A DNA stretch of 63,353 nucleotides, filler included, from Folioceros fuciformis (Eukaryota), in the NCBI GenBank assembly GCA_049999805.1. It is 16 parts of 16 records of this genome, joined end to end, with 100 filler letters (N's around TTAATTAATTAA, not from the genome) between each part and the next. Parts side by side here need not be neighbours in the genome. Positions count along the whole stretch, not along the records: positions 42,182 to 48,636 come from JBNGIO010006641.1; positions 48,737 to 49,801 come from JBNGIO010006642.1; positions 49,902 to 55,457 come from JBNGIO010006643.1; positions 55,558 to 57,001 come from JBNGIO010006644.1; positions 57,102 to 58,527 come from JBNGIO010006645.1; positions 58,628 to 59,825 come from JBNGIO010006646.1; positions 59,926 to 63,353 come from JBNGIO010006647.1; 9 more parts are not named here. One strand, given 5' to 3'. Each line of letters opens with the position of its first letter. Position 1 is the stretch's first letter. The position numbers and the translations under genes are program-made. Below the pieces are notes generated by a model. That model did no database searches, was not told where the DNA came from, and saw only the letters and a program-made list of their open reading frames with translations. Shown here one piece after another: positions 47,505 to 60,104 of this stretch.

Positions 47505-48577
47505 CGCCGAAGAGATTCACAACTGCAAGGTCCAACTGTAGACCTTCGAATGAAGGTCTAAGGCCGCGAGACGAGACGGTTACAGGTAAGTACCGGTTGA
47601 GATACGCGCCTGTATGCCCCTTGCACTGACGCGATTGTGTCTCGCTGCAGGAGAATGGAGAGGCGCAACGATCGGATGCGCCCCTTCGTATCTGACATTT
47701 CCTGGACTCGCACGCCGAGCGCTGAGCACGAATCCAGCCAAATTCAGAAAGGTAAGGATCTGCGAACTCCCTTCCGATGTGTGGATGCCTTGTAGAAGTC
47801 GTGATTTACAGCAGGCTCGAAATCAGCTACTGATTGTGCATCCTTTAAATTGCTTCCAAGTAGAAACCCATCCAGAAGAGACTTCAGAATTACGCATCTG
47901 TTGATCAAATTGCGCACTTGAAACTGCAGGTTGCTGAAGTCATGGAGCCGCAGTTTGATCCCTGGACAGAATGCTGGCTTGCAATTGTTGAAGCAGGGCT
48001 GCACAGTGTGACGAATTCCACAAGGACGTCTCCCTGTCTGTACAGGTCTGTGACGAGCAGATCGCTGATCAAAACGAGTCACTTGTCGAACATTTTGAGA
48101 ATTTTGTTTCCAAGAAACATTCGAATCGAATCCAGGAAACAAGATTTTGTTCTCAAAATTACGACGACGCATTTTTGCCTGATTTTTCCACTCTGCTCAT
48201 CGCGGGATTCTAGCAGATGTATTCACTGTAAGATATAGGTAGCATTATCTAGGAGGAAAAGTGCTGACACATGATCCAGAGACCATAAAATTATGATATG
48301 TGGATTATCTGTTCTCATCTTTTCTTCCTAAATACATATGGCTAGACCTACATAAGCTCCGCTTTAATCAGATAATTGCAGCGGAAAAATGTAATCAGGT
48401 CTAGACATTTGAATATGTGTGTGGAAGAGAAATTTGGTGACTGCAGAATCCAAAAATCACATAATTGTGATTAATGGATATTGTAGTCCTCATTTTTCCT
48501 TCGACATATATACATTTTTATGTGTAGACAAAACTTTCTACAAATATATATATCAAATCAAATATCTAGAAACATGA

Positions 48578-48589
48578 GCTCTGATACCA
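48578..48589 (-). promoter_or_regulatory. Primer-binding site complementary to tRNA-iMet 3' end
   Basis: Minus strand TGGTATCAGAGC directly after the LTR ..CA end. Confidence 0.92.
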
Positions 48590-48736
48590 TGTTAGGATTT
48601 TGGTAAAGCGGAGCTTAGAAAATCACATGATTAGCANNNNNNNNNNNNNNNNNNNNNNNNNNNNNNNNNNNNNNNNNNNNTTAATTAATTAANNNNNNNN
48701 NNNNNNNNNNNNNNNNNNNNNNNNNNNNNNNNNNNN

Positions 48737-49801
48737 TGATAATAGCATCCTCTCTGCCTCATCTAATTGGCCAGCACGCCCAAGCAGATCAATCATGCAG
48801 GTGTGATGCTCAACAGTAGGTATGACACCATGCTGTTCAGCCATGGAATCAAAGAGCTTGCGACCCTCCTGGACAAGATCCCCATGACTGCATGCTACTA
48901 GAAGGCAAGTAAAAGTAGCATCGTCAGGATGAACACCGGCAGCTAACATCTCCTCAAAACAAGCTAGCGCCTTGCGACCTTCATCACAAGCACCATACCC
49001 AGCAATCAGGGCTGTCCATGTAACCACATTCTTTCTGTTCATGCTGTCAAACACCTGGCGGGCATATTCCAGCTCACCACATTTTGCATACATGTCCACC
49101 AGACAGGTTCCCACCACAACATTATCCAGCACACCTCTGTTGACAATCTGTGAGTGGAGCTCCCTGCCCTTCTGCAAGGCACCAGTGCTTCCACAGGCCT
49201 TCAGAAGGCAAGCAAAAGTAACATCATTAGCCAAAACGAGGCCTGCCTCCTCCATCTGTGCATACACAACAAGCGCCTCTTCGCCGAGTCCTTGCTGTGC
49301 ATACCCAGCGATCATGGCATTCCAACTCACCACATCCTTCGAGGTCATGCCGTCGAAAATCCGGCGGGCACATTCCAGCTCACCACATTTTGCATACATG
49401 TCCACCAGGCAGTTTCCCACCACTATATTATACAGCAATTCTCTCTTGACAATTTGCGAGTGAAGCTCCCTGCCCTTCTGCAAGGCACCAGTGCTTCCAC
49501 AGGCGTTCAAAATGCATGCAAAAGTAACATCATCAGCCAAAACGCAACCTGCCTGCTCCATCTGTCCATACACAACAAGCGCCTCTTGCCCGAGCCCTTG
49601 TTGTGCATACCCAGCAATCAGGGCGTTCCAGGTAACCACATTCTTCGTGTCCATGCTGTCAAAAACCTGGCGTGCATCTTCCAGCTCACCACATTTTGCA
49701 TACATGTCCACCAGGCAGTTTCCCACCACAACATCATCCAGCAGTTCTCTCTTAACAATCTGTGAGTGGAGCTCCCTGCCCTTCTGCAAGGCACCAGTGC
49801 T
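48737..49801 (-). CDS. PLS-PPR protein fragment, same family as the GRP-type genes; both ends in gaps
   Basis: VVVG(N/T)CLVDMYAKCGELE, DDVTFACLLKAC, HHTCMIDLLGRAG repeats. Confidence 0.92.
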
Positions 49802-49901
49802 NNNNNNNNNNNNNNNNNNNNNNNNNNNNNNNNNNNNNNNNNNNNTTAATTAATTAANNNNNNNNNNNNNNNNNNNNNNNNNNNNNNNNNNNNNNNNNNN
49901 N

Positions 49902-52900
49902 GCCCTAAGCCTGTCTCTCTGGGTTAGTAGACATAACCTACCCTAACACTCCCACTCAGGTGAGAGGGCTAGTCCTATATTCATTTATATGTATATTGTC
50001 TATTGTTTACTATCTAATAACGAAATGCTTCGAATCACCTAATGATCGAAACGACATGGCAGCATATTTAAAGAAACTTAGGAAAAACCTAAGCCTAACG
50101 CCCGCTCTCTCGGGCTAGCAGTTTTGCGGCTCATTCTTCGATTGCGCTCCAGATGCTTGTGCTTTCGTCCTCGCCTGGCTATGCCCGTGCTCGTTCGAGC
50201 TGCCGATCGGGCACCCTGTTCCACTTGATGTGTTCTCCTGCAGCGCGCAGTCCAAGGCCGGCAGCATGCTGGTAGTGCCTGATGCGAACAAGTCCCTTAG
50301 TCAGGATATCAGCCGTCATTTCCTCCGTCGGTCAGTAGACAATCTCAGCAATTCCAGCTGCTACTACTTCCCTGATGTAGTGGTGCTGGATTTCTATATG
50401 TTTCGTCCTTGCATGATACCTGGGATTCATGCTGAGGGCAATCGCGCTTTGATTGTCACAGAAGAGGCTGACCGGCAATCTTTGTTCTACTCCTAGCTCC
50501 TGCAGGGCTTCGACTGTCCATGTCACCTCTTTGCAGGCCTCCGTCAGGCTCTTGTTCTCGGCCTCTGTCGAGGAGAGTGCGATTGTGTTCTGCCTTCTAC
50601 TGCTCCAGCCCACAACACCTCCAGCAAGCAGGGTAACGTAACTTGAGATGCTTTTCCTGCTGTCAGGGTCGCTTGCCCAGTCTGCGTCGCTGTACTGCAA
50701 TGCATCCTTGGATTTCGAGCTGTACAGAATGTCCTAGTCATAGGTTGCTGCTATGTATCTGTATAGTCTGTCCTTGAGGTTGTTGTGGTGTAGGTTTGGA
50801 TTGGACACGAACCTCGAGGTCAGTCCAGAGCTGAATGCAAGGTCTGGATGAGACCCTATCATCATATGCATAATACTTCCATTTCTGGAAGGGTACTGCT
50901 GCACTTTCTCCACATCCTCTGCAGGTATGTCTCCTACCTGTGCATAGTACTTGGTATTTTGCTCAACAGGGGTGGAGATAGGTTTGCAGCTACTCATCCC
51001 GTATCTAACTAGAATCTCCCGTGCATGCTTTGTTTGGTGCAAGAAGACTGTGCCATCTTTGCGATTTCGAAGCAGCTGCATGCTAAGGCAGAATGCCAGT
51101 GGTCCTCCAGCAGTTATTTTGAATGCTCTGCTCAGCTGCTGTCTCAGGCCCTCAATCATACGAACAAAGGTGCTCATGATTATAATGTCGTCGACATATA
51201 TGGCAAGTGCCAGAAACTCCGTTCTTTCTCGCTTTATATACACATTGCTGTCAGCGTTAACGTTTGCATAGGCAATTGACTTCAAGTAGTTGTCTATGCG
51301 CGAGTACCAGGCCCTTGGGCTCCGCTTGAGCCCGTACAAACATTTGTGCAGCTTGCAGACTGGATTTCGCAGGCTGCCAGGGATGTCCACTCCTGAAGGC
51401 ACACTCATATAAATCTCCTCTTGGAGATTGCCATACAAGAAGGTGGTGGTAACATCTAATTGCTCCAGTTCGTAGTCTCCCACTGCTGCTAGTGCTACGA
51501 AAAATCTTAGAGTTGTTAGCTTGACTACGGGGCTAAATGTGTCCTCATAGTCGACTCCAGGGATTTGTGAGTACCCCTTTGCCACCACCCTTGCTTTGTA
51601 TCTGTCTATACTACCATCTGCCCTCAATTTGAGCTTGAATACCCACTTGGACCTGACAGCCTTGCGATGTGCAAGTAGGCTTGTTAGGGACCAGGTTTTA
51701 TTCTCATACAATGAGGCTAGCTCAAAGTCGATGGCCTTTTGCCATAACTTTGCATCCGGGCATGCTAATGCTTCCTCATAGGTCTGTGGCTCAAAAGCCT
51801 TCAAATATGCTGCTAGGCAATACGTAAGATGTGACTTTGTTCCGGAAACCAACAAAGACACGTTCGGACTAACCGTACCGATTAGCTGTTAGATCCTTCT
51901 TGCGCTTGGCTCCTTCCTCAGCTGCGTGCATCACATCCATGTCGAAGGACACATGGCTAATCGGAGACTCATACAATGCCTGATTCCGTACTGCTCTCCC
52001 AGGAGTCTTTGCAAGTGTCCGAAGGATGGGTCTCAGCTTAGCTACTGCTAGTTGCTGTGGGATTGCTTGTGCTTGCATAGGTACAGGTGTAGGCACCTGC
52101 TGCTGCTGACCTTGTTGTTGTGGTGCAGGCAGCTGGTACCTGCAGGTCACCGGCGAGAAACTCCTCTTGGTCTTCTGAGGAGTCATCTTCTTCATTATCC
52201 CACTCTGAGCTGGCTTCTTCTCCCACTGTGTGATCAGGGTCAGCTCCTTCAACAAACACCACATCTCGTGAATGTGTCGTGTTCCTTGTTTGTCTGTTCA
52301 GCACCTTGTAACCCTTAATGCATTCGGTAAAGCCCACAAAAATCCATTCCTTCGATTTAGGCTCGAATTTCTTGCGAATGTGTTTATGGACCTGTGCATA
52401 GACTATGGAGCCAAAAACTCGCATATGAGATACATTTGGTCTCCTTCCCGTCCATAGCTCGTATGGAGTTTTCTCCGGCACACTGCTGTGAGCTATCCGA
52501 TTTTGAATATAAGTGGCATAGGCCACTGCCTCTGCCTCTGCCCAATAGCTTCTGGGCAGGGCTACATGCTGCAGCATGCTCGAAGCTTATGTCTCCAGGT
52601 CAGCATTTTTGTGTTCTGCTACTCCATTCTGCTGCGGGGTGTGTGCATTTGTGAGCTGTCTAACAATGCCATGTTGTGTGCAGTAGGCATTGAACTCCCC
52701 GGATGTATACTCGCCACCATTATCGGTGCGGAGTTGCTTCAGCTTATATCCGGTTTGTAGCTCTGCCCAAGCTTTGTACTCCAGGAAGCAGGAATAAGTT
52801 TCAGATTTGAGGCGGAGGAAGTAGAATACGCAGAATCTTGTATAGTCATCTATAAAAGTAAGGAAACATTCCTTCCCGCCAAGTGACTTGGGCAGAGGCC

Positions 52901-55457
52901 CACATACATTGCTATGTACTAACTGTAGAACCTCTGTGGCCCTTGTGGAGGCATCTATAGGAAAAGGAGTCCTTTTATGCTTGCCGAGGACACAGGATTT
53001 GCACATACCAACATTATCACGCTTGTCTAAGGTGAGCCCGTCCACCATCTTGTGCTTGTTCATGTGTACCAGTTTGCGATAATTTGTATGGCCTAGGCGG
53101 AGATGCCATAAATATGTTTGAGATGGCTTAGCAAAGCTGGATGACGACTGAACAGCATGAGCCTGTGCTGTCTGCAGATCGAGATGATACAAATCGTCAT
53201 TTTGCAAATGGCCAGTTGCAAGGAGAGTCCCTTTGCTCAACTCTATCACACAGTTGCCTCCTCCAAAGCATATAAAGTAGCCGGACTGATCGATCTTTCT
53301 CACCGAGACTAAATTCTTCGTAAGTCCCGGAACATAAAGCACATCTGGAATTTCAACATGCTGAGATGGCATGAGATCCAGTCTTATGGTCCCCTAACCT
53401 TCAATGGGGTGCTTGGTATCATCCCCTAAGCACACATACTCTGCTGGTGTGCTGCTCCTTAAGTCAGTAAAATAGGCCAGGTGAGGAGTCATGGGTTGTG
53501 AGGCGCCACTATCTATATACTAGGCATGTGCTGGTTGATTGGCATAGCATGATACCACGTTACAGGAGTGATGTAACCTGATGGCATCAAGAGACGATGT
53601 GGGAGGCTTCACTACTTGGGTAAGGAATGCTCTGCTGTACTTACTCATTGTTATAGCTAAGTGGCCTGCAAATGGGCCACTTTCTCCAGATAGTCGCTTA
53701 CGACACACTTCCCATGTGTGATTTTGCAGGACACAGAACCCACATGGAGGCTTTGGCCTAGTGCTGCTAGGCTGCTAGGGTCGGAATCCTCCTTGACCTC
53801 CACGTCCTCGTGCAAAAGGACGGCCTCGGCCTCGACCTCTAAACGGTCGGTTCATATATAGTGCCTTGTCATTGCTGCTGCTAGAAATAGATGTGTTGGC
53901 TGTCTTTCTCCTAGACTCCTCAGTTAACATTGCAGCGATGACTCGATTCACGGTGAGTGTAGGTACATCCTGGAGAGCATGGACAACACTGGACCAGGAA
54001 TCTGGCAGTGTTGTTAGGAAGAAGACCGCCATAAACTCTTCCTCCAAAAAGAAACCAGCAGATTGCATCTTGCCTCTCCAGGTCCGAAACTCAAGGACAA
54101 GCTTGTCCACAGGGTCACCATCAGCCATCTTTAATCCGGTAAACTGCTTGAGGACATAAGTTTGCAGCATGAGGTCACGTGAATCGTAGACCATTAGAAC
54201 TTGTTTCCACCAATCTGCTGCTGTCTCTTCTGCTCCTTGGAAAACATCTATGTGCGTGCTCTTCACCCTAAAGTGCAGGAGCGTTCTTGCCAACTGGTCA
54301 TCCTCCTCCCATTTCGCAAGAGCATCACGATCTGCTGCTGCTGGCTTGGGTGTGGGGACTAGTGGCGTTCCCACACCATATACTTGTGCCCAGAGTTTGT
54401 GAGACTTGAAGATCTCGACCATCCTGAATTTCCAGACATGGAAATTCGTTCCATCGAATTTGTCCTCCTTGGGAAGATTTGGGTTGGAGGACAGAGTGGT
54501 TGGTTGCTGTTGTTGGGCCATGTTGTAGGAGGTTGCTTAGATCACAAGAGGAACATACGTAGCCCGGACGGAAAATGGGCTGCGTTGGTGAGTAGCAAAG
54601 CTGCAAGGTAATTTTCAGCACTTCAACTTCACGGATGTCATACTCTTCTCTGATGTAATATGAAATGTGGGCAGCATACTGATGTAGTAATGCTGCTTCA
54701 GGTTGTGTGGAAAATAAGTCACGAAGGTGACTGAGAAGCAAGGAATATATTGTAGGTGCTGATGCAAGTAGATATAAATTAAATATGCAGAAGCTTGCGG
54801 TTAGCATCTTGTCATACTAGATCTGAAACATTGAAAGTGCTCTAGTCGTATCCATCCAGGGCAGGGTACCCTTGCAGGATATTTGTGGCCATAAGCTCCA
54901 TGATTATGCTGATTTTGTTCCACACTTGCTGCCAACGGTTGGGGCCAAGAGAGCAAAGGTATTCTTCGTCCCTAGCCTTAAGCCATTCTTTTAGGCTTTG
55001 TTGACGTTGAGCCCTCCTTGCTAGTCTTTCTCTTTTCCTAATTTCTGGCATATCTGTTGCTAACAGGCAGGATTGAGTGCATTCTTGTAGGCGGAGTACC
55101 TGAAGGCATTTGCACACAAAGGTGTCGTTACAACAGATTACGCCCGTCCAGAATATTTAGAAAAAGAGCGCTAGATTAGATAGAGGGTTGCAAAGCCAGG
55201 AGGCATGAGAAAAATTTGCGCAAAATTCCAGAAAGCCGGAATAATCGCATTGGCGTGCACGTTAGGTTTGCGCACGTCACGGATTACCACAGCTCTGATA
55301 CCATGATCAGGATCAGACGCTAAAGGCGCGCCACTGTATTAGCATAAAGAAAAGGTGAATACAGCGCTGTGGTCTCGTGACCTTGACGCGGTGACGGTTA
55401 GGGTTTCCTTACCGTCTAGCCCTAAGCCTGTCTCTCTGGGTTAGTAGACATAACCTA
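49902..55457 (-). mobile_element. Degenerate full-length Ty1/Copia element with short (~160 bp) LTRs
   Basis: Direct repeat 49902-49940 = 55419-55457; PBS 55292-55303; PPT TGAGTGGGAG near 49949-49958. gag 53775-54521, CGFCVLQNHTWEVC knuckle, YIDSG protease, integrase 52038-53372, RT 50734-51861, RNase H 50332-50700; several stops and frameshifts. Confidence 0.94.
55292..55303 (-). promoter_or_regulatory. tRNA-iMet primer-binding site
   Basis: Minus strand TGGTATCAGAGC next to the LTR end (plus strand TGATCAGG.. from 55304). Confidence 0.9.
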
Positions 55458-55557
55458 NNNNNNNNNNNNNNNNNNNNNNNNNNNNNNNNNNNNNNNNNNN
55501 NTTAATTAATTAANNNNNNNNNNNNNNNNNNNNNNNNNNNNNNNNNNNNNNNNNNNN

Positions 55558-58140
55558 AGCTGGAATGACCCAAGTTGGCAGAGCAGGCAGGTCGGGGCCG
55601 AATTCGGTGGCCTGGCTGCAGGATCCCGAGCAGGGGTTGGCAGTGCAGGATGGCGGGATCCAGGCTGGCTGGCCTGGATCGTGGTGGACAGGCGGCCTGG
55701 GCTAAGCGGCTAGGAGGGTGTCGTGTGGCCAGCTAGCCGGATCCGGAAGCAGGCGGTAGGCAGGCGGCTTGCAGGGGCTGGCGAGCAGCCTGGCTGCTGA
55801 GNNNNNNNNNNNNNNNNNNNNNNNNNNNNNNNNNNNNNNNNNNNNNNNNNNNNNNNNNNNNNNNNNNNNNNNNNNNNNNNNNNNNNNNNNNNNNNNNNNN
55901 NCAGCCTGGCTGCTGAGGGTGGCAGGGGCCCTAGCAGCACAGAAACTCGGCTGCAAGCAAGTAGCCAGGTCCAGCTGCACGTGGATCCAGGATGGTCAGG
56001 CCTGGGCAGGACTAGCGGATTGGGCTGGGGCCGACCTGGCTGCAGCTGAAGGTGGTCAGGCAGAGCAAAATCCAGACATGTCCGGCTGCTGGAGTCCGAG
56101 TAGGCAGCTGGGATGACCCAAGTCGGCCAAGCGAGCTGCGCGTGGATCCAGGATGGTCAGGCCTGGGCAGGACTAGAGGATTGGGCTAGGGCCGACCTGG
56201 CTGCAGCTGAAGGTGGTCAGGCATAGCAAAATCCAGACATGTCCGGCTGCTGGAGTCCGAGTAGGCAGCTGNNNNNNNNNNNNNNNNNNNNNNNNNNNNN
56301 NNNNNNNNNNNNNNNNNNNNNNNNNNNNNNNNNNNNNNNNNNNNNNNNNNNNNNNNNNNNNNNNNNNNNNNCCGACCTTGCTGCAGTTGAAGGTGGTCCG
56401 GCAGAGCAAAATCCAGACATGTCCGGCTGCTGGAGTCCAAGTAGGCAGCTGGAATGACCCAAGTCGGTAGAGCAGGCAGGTCGGGGCTGAATTCGGTGGC
56501 ATGGCTGCAAGATCCTGAGCAGGGGTTGGCAGTGCAGGATGGCGGGATCCAAGCAGGCTGGCCTGGATCGTGGAGTCCAAGTAGGTAGCTGGAATGACCC
56601 AAGTCGGCAGAGCAGGCAGGTCGGGGCCGAATTCGGTGGCCTGGCTGCAGGATCCCGAGCAGGGGTTGGCAGTGCAGGATGGCGGGATCCAGGCTGGCTG
56701 GCTTGGATCATGGTGGACAGGCGGCCTGGGCTAAGCGGCTAGCTAGCCGGATACGGAAGCAGGCGGTCCAGCAGCGGCTGAGGGTGGGCAGGGGCCCCAG
56801 CAGCGTAGAAACTCGGCTGCAAGCAAGTGGCCAGGACCAGTTGCGCGTGGATCCAGGATGGTCAGGCCTGGGCAAGACTAGCGGATTGGGCTGGGGCTGA
56901 CCTGGCTGCAGCTGAAGGTGGTCAGCCAGAGCAAAATCCAGACATGTCCGGCTACTGGAGTCCGAGTAGGCAGCTGGGATGACCCAAGTCGGCCAAGCGA
57001 GNNNNNNNNNNNNNNNNNNNNNNNNNNNNNNNNNNNNNNNNNNNNTTAATTAATTAANNNNNNNNNNNNNNNNNNNNNNNNNNNNNNNNNNNNNNNNNNN
57101 NAGCTGGAATGACCCAAGTTGGCAGAGCAGGCAGGTCGGGGCCGAATTTGGTGGCTTGGCTACAGGATCACGAGCAGGGGTTGGTAGTGCAGGATGGCGG
57201 GATCCAGGCAGGCTGGCCTGGATCGTGGTGGATAGGCGGCCTGGGCTAAGCGGCTAGGAGGGTGTCGTGTGGCCAGCTAGCCGGATCCGGAAGCAGGCGG
57301 TAGGCAGGCGGCTTGCAGGGGCTGGCGAGCAGCCTGGCTGCTGAGGGTGGGCAGGGGCCCTAGCAACGCAGAAACTCGGCTGCAAGCAAGTAGCCAGGTC
57401 CAGCTGCGCGTGGATCCAGGATGGTCAGGCTTGGGCAGGACTAGCGGATTGGGCTGGGGCCGACCTGGCTGCATCTGAAGGTGGTCCGGTAGAGCAAAAT
57501 CCAGACATGTCCGGCTGCTGGAGTCCAAGTAGGCAGCTAGAATGACCCAAGTCGGTAGAGCAGGCAGGTCGGGGCCGAATTCGGTGGCCTGGCTGCAGGA
57601 TCCTGAGTAGGGGTTGGCAGTGCAGAATGGCGGGATCCAAGCAGGCTGGCCTGGATCGTGGAGTCCAAGTAGGNNNNNNNNNNNNNNNNNNNNNNNNNNN
57701 NNNNNNNNNNNNNNNNNNNNNNNNNNNNNNNNNNNNNNNNNNNNNNNNNNNNNNNNNNNNNNNNNNNNNNNNNCGAGCAGGGGTTGGCAGTGCAGGATGG
57801 CGGGATCCAGGCTGGCTGGCCTGGATCGTGGTGGACAGGCGGCCTGGGCTAAGCGGCTAGGAGGGTGTCATGTGGCCAGCTAGCCGGATCCGAAAGCAGG
57901 CGGTCCAGCAGCGGCTGAGGGTGGGCAGGGGCCCCAGCAGCGCAGAAACTGGGCTACAAGCAAGTGGCCAGGACCAGCTGCGCGTGGATCCAGGATGGTC
58001 AGGCCTGGGCAAGACTAGCGGATTGGGCTGGGGCCGACCTCGCTGCAGTTGAAGGTGGTTAGGCCGAGCAAAATCCAGACATGTCCGGCTGCTGGAGTCC
58101 GAGTAGGCAGTTAGGATGACCCAAGTCGGCCAAGCGAGCC
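55558..58140. repeat. GC-rich composite tandem repeat / satellite (interleaved ~140-bp and ~160-bp modules), gapped assembly
   Basis: Recurring agctggaatgacccaagtcgg.agagcaggcaggtcggggccgaattcggtggc.. and gtggatccaggatggtcaggcctgggca.gactagcggattgggctgggg..gcaaaatccagacatgtccggctgctggagtcc; three 100-N gaps; more diverged tail to 58527. Confidence 0.92.
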
Positions 58141-58627
58141 TCGGGTTGATCCAGGTTGTGCTTGCAATGCTGGCTGGCAAGTGAGGTTCAGGCTAGGCGG
58201 CCGCTAGCCAGCTACAGAGGTAGATCGGGACGTAGCAGGATGGCTAGCCGATATGGGGGCAAAGCACCTGGGGCTGGTTGGCTGGATGCATCTAGAGGCC
58301 CCTAGGGCGGTGCCGAGTTCAGCCTTCCAGGATGGCCCGGCTGGTTAGCAAGGGAGTATGTTACGAGGAGATGATCGCTGGAGACCGGGCTGGCATATCC
58401 AGGCGCTGGTCGACCTGGGGAGCAGGCTGGAGGCTAACGGATTCCGGAAAGCAGGAGGTCGGTAGAGCAGGCAGGGGGGCTGGGTTGATCCGCTAGCAGG
58501 GGTGGTTGCAGGCGAATCCAGGTAGGCNNNNNNNNNNNNNNNNNNNNNNNNNNNNNNNNNNNNNNNNNNNNTTAATTAATTAANNNNNNNNNNNNNNNNN
58601 NNNNNNNNNNNNNNNNNNNNNNNNNNN

Positions 58628-60104
58628 GGGGCTCCAAGCTGATTTGCTGGTCGCGAATAGCCTGGTGGACGTGTACGCTAAGTGCGGCAGCTTGGAGCAT
58701 GCACGAGGAGTGTTTGATGGGTTGCTCGTGAAGGATGTGGTGTCGTGGAATGCTATGATTGCAGGATATTTCCAGCAGGGTCTCGGCCAAGGGGCCCTTG
58801 CTGTGTACGCTCTTATGGTGGAGGAGGCAGTGACTGAGCCCAATCGTGTCACGTATCTGAGCCTCCTTCAAGCATGCGCCAGTGTCGGGGCTCTGCACCA
58901 GGGAAAGCGGCTTCATGCACATATTCAGCAGAGAGGATTGGGAGCGGATGTTGGGATTGGGAACGCCTTGGTTGACATGTACTGCAAATGTGGCAGTCTA
59001 GGTGATGCCTCCTCTGTGTTTCACAGCATGGCCAGACGAGATGTGGTAACGTGGAATGCTCTACTCACCGGTTATGCTCAACATGGGAATGCTGAACTGG
59101 CCATGCAAGGTTTCCGGCAGATGCGCAGAGAGGGTGTGGAACCGGATGACACTACTTTTCTGACTCTTCTAGTGGCCTGCAGTCACGAGGGCTTAGTGTG
59201 CGAGGGCCAGCAGTTCTTGAGAGTCATGGTGGAGGAATATGGAATTGCGGTAACTGAAAGCCACCGGAATTGTATGGTGGACTTGCTTGCGCGCTCGGGA
59301 TTCCTGGAGGGGGCAGAAGAAATTCTAGAAACCATGACATTCCAAAGTTACGTGGTGGGGTGGAGAAGTCTGCTCAATGCCTGCAAGATGCATGGTGACC
59401 TCAAACGGGGAAAGCTTTGTTTTGACCGCCTGGTGGAACTGGAACCTGACAACGCTGCATCTTATGTTCTCATGGGCAACATATACGCAAATGCTGGCAG
59501 ATGGGAGGATGTGGAAAGAGTAGAAAGGTGTAGAAGAAGTGCAGGTGCGTGGAAGAAGCCAGGGAAAGCATGCATCGAGGTGAAGAATATGGTGCATGAG
59601 TTCACAGTCGGGGAAGAGAGAGCCGATATATCTCCCAAGCTGAAGAGCGTGAACGCAAGGCTGAAGGAGGAAGGAGGGCATGTGCCACAAATATCCTTAG
59701 TGCTCAAGGCAGTGTCTGAGCAGGAGAAGGAGGATTCCTTGTGTGGACATGCAGAGAAGCTGGCCTTAGCGTATGGACTTGTCAACACTCCCGATGGCAC
59801 GACGTTGTTGGTCACCAAGAACCTTNNNNNNNNNNNNNNNNNNNNNNNNNNNNNNNNNNNNNNNNNNNNTTAATTAATTAANNNNNNNNNNNNNNNNNNN
59901 NNNNNNNNNNNNNNNNNNNNNNNNNTTGTCAACACTCCCGATGGCACGACGTTGTTGGTCACCAAGAACCTTCGCATGTGCAATGACTGTCACAGCAGCA
60001 CCAAGATCATGTCACGACTTGAACAGCGAGACATCATCGTCAGAGATGCCCACCGCGTACACCGCTTTGTGAACGGATCTTGTTCATGTGGGGATCGGCA
60101 TTAG
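58628..60104 (+). CDS. PLS-PPR protein with DYW:KP DRH-type domain, 5'-truncated; spans two contigs overlapping by 47 bp
   Basis: [16 protein letters not shown]; 59779-59825 = 59926-59972 continues as [24 protein letters not shown] (TAG 60102-60104). Confidence 0.93.

Larger units (their letters stand above)
42182..48636 (-). mobile_element. Ty1/Copia LTR retrotransposon, apparently intact (LTRs cut at contig ends)
   Basis: LTR stubs 48590-48636 (TGTTAGGA..) and 42182-42228 (..TCTTAACA) form inverted termini; PBS and PPT abut them; uninterrupted polyprotein. Confidence 0.96.

Noticed and set aside
55702-58180. ORFs within the GC-rich repeat
   Set aside because: Short, gap-spanning translations of tandem repeats with no consistent frame.
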